Source of the DNA: Anthoceros angustus
Lineage: Eukaryota > Plantae > Anthocerotophyta
Direction: 5' to 3'
DNA: 64,000 bases
Assembly (NCBI GenBank): GCA_010909165.1
Contig: MU008166.1
Coordinates: 1,782,723 to 1,846,722 of the forward strand
Part shown: piece after piece, positions 25,125 to 35,364 of the stretch
How positions within the stretch are numbered: the stretch's first letter is position 1
How the letters are laid out: every line of letters starts with the position of its first letter
The notes under the pieces: model-generated
Database searches by the model: none
The model's input: only the letters and a program-made list of their open reading frames with translations
Told to the model about the DNA's origin: nothing
Made by a program: the position numbers and the translations under genes

Positions 25125-28100
25125 TTTATTGAGGTGAAAAAACGATGGGAAAAGCCCATCTAGGAGGGGACAACCAAAGGGGACCAGGGGTCGAGGTGAA
25201 GAGGAGCAAATAAGCTCCCTACCTAAAGTCACCTCACCCACAATGTCATATGCGGGAAGAATAAGCGGCGCAAACCACGGAGGTAGAGGAAGATCGTCAC
25301 CTCATGCCGCCTTGTGGAGGATCGTTGAGGCGCCGTTGAAGGGCAATTGAAACCCGTTGTCGGAGTATCTTTGTGAGAGGGACACCCTTCCGCTACGTGC
25401 ATGGTAAGCTTTGTACAGGACTTGACAAATTTGTCAAAGTCCTCGACCATTACCCATCGTTTCTAGTGCAAGCGGAATAAAGAGGTGGCCTTGCATCACG
25501 CTATATTCTGCGGACCTTGAGCCGCTCGTGAAGACAACTGATTAGTGATGACTGGCGGAGATGGTGTCTCGTGTAGGATCGGTAACCACCACATCCACCG
25601 AAACACAGTGCCACGGACAAGTGCAGTCGCCACGATTGAGCGACTGCGGAGTATACATCCGCTCCCTCCATGCCATGTAGCGCTTCGCGGCGATGGCGAA
25701 CATGATCGCGGATGGCGTCGTGAGTGGCGATGACCCCTGGGACAACGAGCAAGGTGTACCCGAGAATCGAGGCCAAGTAAGGGCGAAGAAGCCACGCAGT
25801 GGAGCGAGCCAGACGGAATCGCATCGCGATGGTGAAGGTGGTTGGTGCGATGTGAAAACCCGTATGCATGGGCGGGCCAATAACACTGCGCCCTTCCCGA
25901 ACAAAGGCGGGCCGCGCTTGTGGACACAGGGATGGAGGGTCTGGAGGGGGCCCAGGCTGGCGGCTTCTCGGCGAGAGATGCTGCAACCCCAAACCATCGA
26001 TAATAAATGTCGAGAAAGGAGGAAGTCCTTGAGCATCCCGATAACATGTCCCTAGCTTGCCTCAAGGGCGTTTGGAGAGAGAAGGTTCCCTCCTCCACAC
26101 GTCGAGATCCTCGAGAAAGGGCTGTCATGGAGGATGAACCAGAAGCCAAAGCGGCGAGAGAGGCGCCGGAAAGCCGGGAAGAGACCTCCAGCGAGCGGAA
26201 CTGTGCCTCAAATTGCAGGTAGGGCGCTTGCCGTGAGCGAGATCGCCCATAGGGCACTCAAAAGCCACAGGCCCAGGATGTCCCGAGTATCCATAATCTT
26301 CCTATCAAACCGTAGGACAAAAGTGTCGGGGGCGGAGGCGTGCGGATGAGGTAACGGGCGCCTAGCAAAGCAGGAGGAAAGAATTCCAAAGGCCACTGTG
26401 CATCCTCCGGCAAAGGAGGTCCTCGACATGGGAGAGGTCTCTGCGAGCTGGTCCGCTCCAGGTAAGTCGGGGCAGAGGGACCCCTAGAATCCAGTCCCAG
26501 GCCGGGCAATCTCCCAGTGAGCGCAAAGTAGGTAGAATCCCGGCGGAGACCGGCGCGCGGCGGCTTGACCTTCAAGCCCACAGAAAGCTCATGAGAGAAG
26601 AGCTCAAAGGCCTCCTTAACTTTGTCCCAGGCAGGATGTGAGTCGTGCCAGTGAAGGGAAGACAGTCAGCGAGAGGCGGCCCTAGATAGGGCCCTATAGT
26701 GAGCAATGGCGAAGAGCCGCCTAGGGGTCGCCTTGCACAGTACTGGGATTCAAAGGAGAAGCAAATCCACGAAGAGCGTTCTTGTCTTTGGTAGTAGAGG
26801 TTGGAGGACCTCCGTAGAAGCAGGACAAAAGGTATAAGGCTCCCAGGCCGCGCATCCCTAAGCTCCTCGAAGATGGCTCCTAGAAATGGTATTGAAGGCG
26901 TTCTCGACATCAACACTGTAAGACCACCCACTCGGGTGGGTATCAAGGCATGCCTTCACTCCAAGCACCACGGACTCACGGCCCGGGTAATGCCAAATTG
27001 AAGGGGTTGAGGTCTTCTTGAAGAAGAAGCGGCAGAAGGGCAATAGTCGGTGAGTAGTCGCATGAAGGCTTCTCCACCGCGGTGGGCGCCACGCCCGAGC
27101 ACAGGCAGCTTGTCCATAGCGACAAGCACCCGCTAGGCTGAACATCCGGTGGCGTCTCACCCCGCCCGCCGCGGTGACGGAGAAAGAGCTAAGCCGCTAG
27201 ATGGATCTTGAGGAGAAAAAGGTCCACGGTGTTCAAACACCATTCACACAACCCGGCGGATGAAAGGCGTGGGGTCGTAGAGTGCGAGCAAAAGCGCCGA
27301 TCAGAGAAGGGATCCTCGGGACGTAGTCGATATGTCGGGGATGGCATCCTTGGGAGGCTGGATGGAGGCACGGAGGCAACAATGGTCTCCTCGAGCGGGG
27401 CTAGGGAGGGTCGAAGAGCCACAGCGGTATGACATACTCACACTGCACAGCAGCGGCTTACAGCAGCAGTTTGTTGCATTACCGGGACTGTTCAAGCTGC
27501 ATGCGGATTCCGCCGAGCCTTGGCGACCAAAGCCTCCTCACGGAGGGATGCCCGATCACCGGCCCAGCGCGGGCGGCTAGCAACTTCCGATGCCCAGCCC
27601 CACCCTAGAACAGAAGGCACCACCAGAAGCGGAGAAGGCACCAAGCTAACTCGTCCGGGATCGGCAAAGGCGATCAAGGGAAGGCAGGCAAGCGGGCATC
27701 ATCATGAAGGTGGCGGGTGCGATGTGAAAACCCGTATGCATGGGCGGGCCAATAGCCAAGCACTGCGCCCTTCCCGAGAACAAGGCGGGCGCCCTTGTGG
27801 ACACAGGGATGGAGGGTCTGGAGGGTAGGCTGAAAGCGGCGCTTCTCGGCGAGATGCACGCAACCCCGAAACCATCGATAATAAATGTCGAGAAAGGAGG
27901 AAGTCCTTGAGCATCCGATAACATGTCCTAGCTTGCCTCAAGGGCGTTTGGAGAGAAGGTTCCCTCCTCCACACGTCGAGATCCTCGGAAAGGGCTGTCA
28001 TGGAGGATGAACCGAGAAGCCAAAGCGAGGCGAGAGGGCCCAGCCCGAAAGCCGCGGGAAGAGACCTCCAGAGGAACTGTGCCTCAAATTGCAGGTAGGG

Positions 28101-31020
28101 GCGCTGCCGGGCGGATCGCCCATAGGGCACTCAAAAAACCCAGGCCCAGGATGTCCCGAGTATCCATAATCTTCCTATCAAACCGCGGGGACAAAAGTGT
28201 CGGGGAGGCGGCGTCTGGATGAGGTAACAGGCGCCTAGCAAAGCAGGAGGAAAGAATTCCAAAGGCCACATGCATCCTCCGGCAAAGGAGGTCCTCGACA
28301 TGGGAGAGGTCCTCTGCGAGCTGGTCGAAGCTCCAGGTGAAGTCGGGGCAGAGGGACCCCTAGAATCCAGTCAGGCGGAGCAATCTCCCAGTGAGCAAAG
28401 TAGGTAGAATCCCGGCGGAGACGGACCAGCACTTGGGCGGCTTGACCTTCAAGCCCACGAGCTCATGAGAGAAGAGCTCAAAGGCCTCCTTAACTTTGTC
28501 CCGGGCAGGGATGTGAGGTAAATGCACGTGAAGGAAGACACAGTGTGAGGCGGCCCTAGATAGGGCCCTATAGTGAGCAATGGCGAAGAGCACCGCCTAG
28601 GGGTCGCCTTGCACAGTACATGGCCGATTCAAGGCAGGCAAATCCACGAAGAGCGTTCTTGTCTTTGGTAGTAGAGGTTGGAGGACCTCCGTAGAAACAG
28701 GACAAAAGGTATAAGGCTCCCGAGCCGACATCCCTAAGCTCCTCGAAGATGGCGCTCCTAGAAATGGTATTGAAGGCGTTCTCGACATCAACACAAGACC
28801 ACCCACTCGGGTGGGTATCAAAACATGCCTTCACTCCAAGCACCACGGACTCCACGGCCCGGTGTAATGCCAAATTGAAGGGGTTGAGGTCTTTGAAGAA
28901 GGCGGCGAAGGGCAATAGTGCGTGAGTAGTCGCATGAAGGCTTCTCAGGCCGAGTGGGCGCGCCTGAGGCGAGCTTGTCCATAGCGACAAGCACACTGGC
29001 TAAGAACATGGGAAATCCGGTGGGCGTCTCACCCCGCCACCGCGGCGGGGAGAAAAGAGCTACGGGAAGCTAGATGGATCTTGAGGAGAAAAAGGTCCAC
29101 AGGTGTTCAAACACCATTCACGACAACCGGCGGATGAAAGGCGTGGGGTCGTAGAGAGTGCGAGCAAAAGCCCGATCGAGAGAAGGGATCCTCGGGACGT
29201 AGTCGAGATATGTCGGGGATGGCATCCTTGGGAGCTGGATGGAGGCACGGAGGGCAACAATGGTCTCTCAGCGGGGGCTAGGGAGGGTCGAAGAGCCACA
29301 GCGTATGACATACTCACACACAGCGCTTACAGCAGCCGAGTTTGTTGCATTACCGGGACTGTTCAAGCTGCATGCGGATTCACTTGAGCCTTGGCGACCG
29401 CAAAGCCTCCTCACGGAGGGATGCCCGATCACCGGCCCGGCCGAGGCGGCTAGCAACTTCCGTGCCCAGGCCCCACCCTAGAACAGAAGGCACCAGGAGA
29501 AGCGGAGAAGGCACCAAGCTAACTCGTCACAGGATCGGCGCAAGGCGATCAAGGGAAGGCATGCCAAACGGGCATCATCATGAAGGTGGCGGGGAAGCTG
29601 CGGAAGATCGGGCATGGAAGCGGGTTTCAAACATCCCAAGTATGTGATCCGGTGACCGCAACCATTCCGGAAGAGAGGCACGATGGGCGATCTTGGGCCG
29701 GGCACACTGCTGCAGGCCGGAGAGGTCGCAATGTGCACTTAGCCAAGTAGTGGTGAAATCTTTATGCATGTGCCCAATGTGGGTTTCACCCCTTGACACC
29801 CGAGTTGAGCACAGACGGGACACTCCGTGTCCTTAGTCACGGAGGTGTGACCGCCCCATTGGGAAGGGTACTAAAGAACCATAAGCGCCGATCGGAGGCA
29901 GGGGGCGGCCAGGACAAAGCGACCCGGCCTTTACGGACATACAGTGTGAGCTCTGTATGCGAAAACCCGGCCAAGAGCTCGCCTAGAGGGGCGCAACCCA
30001 CAGAACCACGCCGACCCACCAAACTAGCGCCCTTTTGCAACCGCAACCAAAAGGCGGGGTAGAAATCCACCGGCTAGAAAGGCCGAACAAAATCGGGAAA
30101 AATAAATTCCACAACGCCACTGACGCCTGGCAGCGCAACTCCGGTGGCACACTAGTGGCGTGAACCCGGCGGGCCCCACCCACGGAGCCGTAGGCAACGG
30201 GCTACACCTGCCCGACTCACACCGCCCCACCTACCTCCGGAGGCACCTACCACCCCGACGGGCCTTGCCTTCGTCCGGGCGGCCGGTCCGCGGCGGCGGG
30301 ACCGAGCCCTGCCTCACCCACAGGCTGCACGATCCTGCCCGCCTCACTCGTCCTCACAGCCGCCGATCTGCACACCGCGCGCACCCTGTCGCGCCCGGTA
30401 CCGCACCGTGCCCGCCCCTTACCGCCACAGGCGCCCACTTCGCACCACTCGCGCTGCGCAGCTCTGCCGCGCCGCTCAGCCCGCTCCGCCGCTCCGCCCC
30501 TCCGCGCCCGCACCGCGCCGCGCCGCGCCCGGGCACCTCCCACACCGCCGCGCACCCCGCCGCGCCCCATCGCGCCGCCCGTTCCGCGCGCCGCTGCGCT
30601 GCGCCCCTCCCGCCACCGTCCGCCCGCGCCGCCCGCCGCGCCCGCGCCCGCGCGCGCCCGCTCCCCGCGCGCCGCGCCGCGCCCGCGCCACCGCGCCCGC
30701 GCCGCCGCGCCCGCGCGCCGCCGCGCGCCCCCGCCCGCCCGCCGCCCCCCTCCCTCCGCCCTCCCTCCCTCCCTCACCGCCCGCTCCTCCCTCCCTCACC
30801 GCTCGCTCCTCCCTCCCTCCGCTCGCTCCTCCCTCCCTCACCGCCCGCTCGCTCCTCCCTCCCTCACCCGCGCTCCTCCCTCCCTCACCGCCCGCTCGCT
30901 CCTCCCTCCTCACCGCCCGCTGCTCCCTCACCGCCCGCCCGCTCGCTCCTCACCGCCCGCCCGCTCCCTCACCGCCCGCCCGCTCGCTCCGCTCGCTCGC
31001 TCCCTCACCTCTCGCTCTCT
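25125..31020 (-). mobile_element. CRE-clade non-LTR retrotransposon (RT plus C-terminal restriction-like endonuclease), degenerate, with internal ~1.87 kb duplication
   Basis: RT fragments LVAMDK, LQFGITPG, ESVVLGVKACLDTHP, VDVENAFNTISRSAIFEELR, QGDPLGG.LFAIAHYRAL, FPSLA(D)DTHIL. RLE region ATHDAIRDHV, VDVVVTDPT, FIPLALETMG, QRVSIALQR. 3' end CACCTCAATAAA. 25830-27700 is repeated at 27700-29590. Confidence 0.85.
30560..31015. repeat. GC-rich low-complexity tract plus CT-rich tandem array at the CRE 5' end
   Basis: CCG/CGC-rich tract at 30560-30750, then repeated CCTCCCTCACCGCCCGCTCGCT-type units up to ~31010. Confidence 0.85.
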
Positions 31021-31104
31021 TATTTAGGTACCTACTCTCTTACTCAAGCGATAAAAAGCGATCAGCCCCTGCAATCCGAAGCCAACAGTTTCCTGAGCTT
31101 TTGT

Positions 31105-31700
31105 ACAACAACAACAACAACAACTTTATTTATGTCCACTAAGGATGGAAGAACCACGTTGTAGGAACGCCTATGTGTTAAACCTTAGCTTGTAGTTTTA
31201 TGTATGATTTGCCCTCATCAGAACCGGGCAAGGTGGGGTATATTTCAACAGCTTCTTAGGCTTAACCTTAGAGGCCTCGAAATACAAGCGCGGCTGTGAG
31301 AGGGTTATCCACTGAATTCATGGATGTGTCTATCAGTCAAGCGCGGCTGTGAGAGGGTTATCCAATGAATTCATGAATGTGTCTATGAGTTAAACAATGG
31401 AGCCTTGAGACACTTATCGAGCAGCAGCGCCCGAGGTTGGACAATCCAGAAATGCAAAAGGATGGGATGCATTGCGAGGCATACTTGTCCTCACAATCCT
31501 TGTTACAAGAAGGTAAGGTTTAGACATACTTAAGTCTCCTGATCTTTTCTAGCAAGACATCAGGCATGCCAGGCATACATACTTCGGCTCACAATGGTGC
31601 AGATGTGCGCACGCAAATGAGGAAGCAATCTTTCTCTTCTTATAGATCTCTCTACCTCCTTATCCAAGCATCTGCCAGCCTACCATTGGATCGCAAGCGG
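31105..31700 (-). mobile_element. RTEX/RTE-like LINE 3' fragment with (GTT)n tail
   Basis: Minus strand reads ...RTSA(H)L.AE..., CNKDCEDKY..QC, then CCTTAGTGGACATAAATAAA(GTT)6. Contains a 54-bp direct repeat at 31284/31338. Confidence 0.55.
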
Positions 31701-32024
31701 AATTGAAACAGAAAGAAACAAGTTACTCCTCACATCGAACTAGAGAAAGACTACACCCGAAATGAAGAAGAAGAAAAAGGGGCACGCTTCAACAAGCCCC
31801 TCCCCAAGGTTGCACACCCCGCACGTAACCTCTCGCATAGTGGGAGTGGGACTCCAAATCGTGAGCCCACTTCTCCCGAAGTTATACATGCCTCTCCCTT
31901 CCGTGGAAACCGCCTGATCACATCAACACAAGCCCTTTCATTCATCGCATGTCACAACCTTTCCATCAAACACGCAACCAGCAATTTCAGCACCGGTCTG
32001 CATCAAATGACAGAACCAACCCAC

Positions 32025-32185
32025 CTGCCCGATTTGATGCCATAGCGTTCGATTGAAAGCCGCCGCCGTGAGAATGACTTGCGAGAAGCTCGGAAGGCCC
32101 GGGCACCAGTCCCCGAACGTCACGCCAGGGCTGTAGGCCACGCCGTGCAAGGGCTCCTCTCACCACTCGTATGCGTTGGATCACC
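32025..32185 (-). pseudogene. Divergent GH3 beta-xylosidase exon-1 fragment
   Basis: YEW*EEPLHGVAYSPGVTFG...SFSQVILTAAAFNRTLWHQIGQ followed by a GT donor. In-frame stop where BXL has YEWW. Confidence 0.8.
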
Positions 32186-33099
32186 TAAAATCTATAACCT
32201 AATCCACTCAACATTGTAAGCTTACGCCGTTACAGGGATCACAAAAATCCACTCCTCTTCATATAACGATGTATCCCCTTGCTTGGGGATCCATCGAACC
32301 CGAGTAACTCGAGTAAAAGGCATGAATACTCGCCACTATACTCCAATGACTTCATATCATAGCATATCTTTGTACGCTAGTGATTCTAACATCCCTCTAG
32401 TGCTGCTAACACCCCCCGATTATCTTTGTATCCATGGCTCAGCTCCAACCTCACCTATGGTGTGGCACACGGCCACCATCGTCCCACAGCACTCGTGGAG
32501 CTCAACAGCAGCGGCGCAGGTATTGCCCTCAGGCTACCCGAAGTTTGCCCTCGTGCCCATACGTCTAGGACCACACTACTCAGGTACTCCAGCGTTTGTG
32601 CTTCTATGCTCTGTGTTCCCACCTAACCCTCCTACAGACTGAGTGAACGCAGCACCTTACCAGGCTCCTCACAGCAAGCTCGGCCCTTCTCTGTCTACTC
32701 ACCTTTTGCAGCAGTTGGCAGCCCCTGCTCCACTATGGCCACACCACAGGTACACTCCTCCTACCCACCCGAGCAGATGCAACTTTTCAAAGTTCACAGT
32801 CACTCACTCAACTCAACTCCACCATGGTGGAGCTCCCAAGACCCCCATGCCACCCAGTCCCAGGCCCAATCGGTTGTCATGACTTTTGGCCTGATGGCCA
32901 CCCCTTTCATTCGGCGAGGCAAGTGAACCATCTCCTCGCTAACACAACATCTTTGATATCAGGGCATCCCACGTCTACCTGCATTCAGTCCAAACAGCCT
33001 ATACAGTCTGCAGCCACATCGATCTACGTTATCCTACAGACCTTTTTGGCAGTCAGTGAATGCGTCACATGTACTTTGGGCTGAAAGATCGCTAGCAGC

Positions 33100-33430
33100 G
33101 ACCGTGTTCAGCGTGAATAGCCGCCCTGCATGCACCCTTCAGTACCCAGATATCAGGTCTCGCCGACACAAGAACACGAGAGCAGCTCACCAGCAGGACA
33201 TCACCACAGGCAATCCTCCTTCTTTAAACCACAGACACTTCGACCATAAGCGAGCTTTTACGTGATCTAAACTGTCCACTGCAAGCTTGCTTTTCTGGCA
33301 ATTTCTTCAAAGGCCACCCCTCGTGAAAGCTTCAGTTCACCACGTTTTGCATACCCCGACATTTAGGGCCTCGCATGTCACCACGAGGATTCAGTTCACC
33401 ACGGTTTGCATACCCAGATATCAAAGGCTT
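33100..33430 (-). pseudogene. PPR motif remnants (repeated at 35190-35520 and 37520-37660)
   Basis: Minus strand VVT..AL.SGYAKRGEL and LISGYA-type fragments. Confidence 0.55.
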
Positions 33431-34104
33431 TCGAAACTACGTTCATTTACCCACCACTACGTTTTCCATCAATCCTCGCTCAACAATTAGTGTGTGCTCC
33501 CGCCTGCCCTTCCCTGATCGACACTTGTTGACTGGTGAATTCTAGGATAATCTGGCGCGTCCCACGATTTCATGGAGCTAGCTCTTGCTCGAGACCGCCA
33601 TGCAGAAACAAATCAACGAAAAGCAGGTGGTCAAGCTCCAGCGAAAGGCAGGTGCCTTGGGCTTGAGCGCATCCTTGCGTGCAGTTAAAGTGCAAAGCAC
33701 GCAAATGAGGAAGCAATCTTCTCTTCTTATAGATCTCTCTACCTCCTTATCCAAGCATCTGCCAGCCTACCATTGGATCGCAAGCGGAATTGAAACAGAA
33801 AGAAACAAGTTACTCCTCACATCGAACTAGAGAAAGACTACACCCGAAATGAAGAAGAAGAAAAGGGCACGCTTCAACAAGCCCCTCCCCAAGGTTGCAC
33901 ACCACGTAACCTCTCGCATAGTGGGAGTGGGACTCCAAATCGTGAGCCCACTTCTCCCGAAGTTATACATGCCTCTCCTTCCGTGGAAACCGCCTGATCA
34001 CATCAACACAAGCCCTTTCATTCATCGCATGTCACAACCTTTCCATCAAACACGCAACCAGCAATTTCAGCACCGGTCTGCATCAAATGACAGAACCAAC
34101 CCAC

Positions 34105-34265
34105 CTGCCCGATTTGATGCCATAGCGTTCGATTGAAAGCCGCCGCCGTGAGAATGACTTGCGAGAAGCTCGGAAGGCCCGGGCACCAGTCCCCGAACGT
34201 CACGCCAGGGCTGTAGGCCACGCCGTGCAAGGGCTCCTCTCACCACTCGTATGCGTTGGATCACC
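34105..34265 (-). pseudogene. Second (duplicated) copy of the divergent BXL exon-1 fragment
   Basis: Identical translation to 32025-32185 (ORF 34018-34230). Confidence 0.8.
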
Positions 34266-35364
34266 TAAAATCTATAACCTAATCCACTCAACATTGTAAG
34301 CTTACGCCGTTACAGGGATCACAAAATCCACTCCTCTTCATATAACGATGTATCCCTTGCTTGGGGATCCATCGAACCAGTAACTCGAGTAAAAGGCATG
34401 AATACTCGCCACTATACTCCAATGACTTCATATCATAGCATATCTTTGTACGCTAGTGATTCTAACATCCCTCTAGTGCTGCTAACACCCCCGATTATCT
34501 TTGTATCCATGGCTCAGCTCCAACCTCACCTATGGTGTGGCACACGGCCACCATCGTCCCACAGCACTCGTGGAGCTCAACAGCAGCGGCGCAGGTATTG
34601 CCCTCAGGCTACCCGAAGTTTGCCCTCGTGCCCATACGTCTAGGACCACACTACTCAGGTACTCCAGCGTTTGTGCTTCTATGCTCTGTGTTCCCACCTA
34701 ACCCTCCTACAGACTGAGTGAACGCAGCACCTTACCAGGCTCCTCACAGCAAGCTCGGCCCTTCTCTGTCTACTCACCTTTTTTGCAGCAGTTGGCAGCC
34801 CCTGCTCCACTATGGCCACACCACAGGTACACTCCTCCTACCCACCCGAGCAGATGCAACTTTTCAAAGTTCACAGTCACTCACTCAACTCAACTCCACC
34901 ATGGTGGAGCTCCCAGTATGCGGACCCCCCATGCCACCCAGTCCCGGGCCCAATCGGTTGTCATGACTTTTGGCCTGATGGCCACCCCCTTTTTCATTCG
35001 GCGAGGCAAGTGAACCATCTCCTCGCTAACACAACATCTTTGATATCAGGGCATCCCACGTCTACCTGCATTCAGTCCAAACAGCCTATACAGTCTGCAG
35101 CCACATCGATCTACGTTATCCTACAGACCTTTTTTGGCAGTCAGTGAATGCGTCACATGTACTTTGGGCTGAAAGATCGCTAGCAGCGACCGTGTTCAGC
35201 GTGAATAGCCGCCCTGCATGCACCCTTCAGTACCCAGATATCAGGTCTCGCCGACACAAGAACACGAGAGCAGCTCACCAGCAGGACATCACCACAGGCA
35301 ATCCTCCTTCTTTAAACCACAGACACTTCGACCATAAGCGAGCTTTTTACGTGATCTAAACTGT

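Noticed and set aside
30160-31164. Long Pro/Arg/Ala-rich ORFs (334 and 244 aa), and similar ORFs at 442-1224
   Set aside because: They result from stop-poor GC-rich low-complexity DNA and contain no recognisable domain.
31205-31250. CTGATGA on the minus strand as a hammerhead ribozyme or C/D snoRNA
   Set aside because: No correctly placed GAAA with stems II/III and no partner D box. It is only a short TTGCCC..GGGCAA hairpin.
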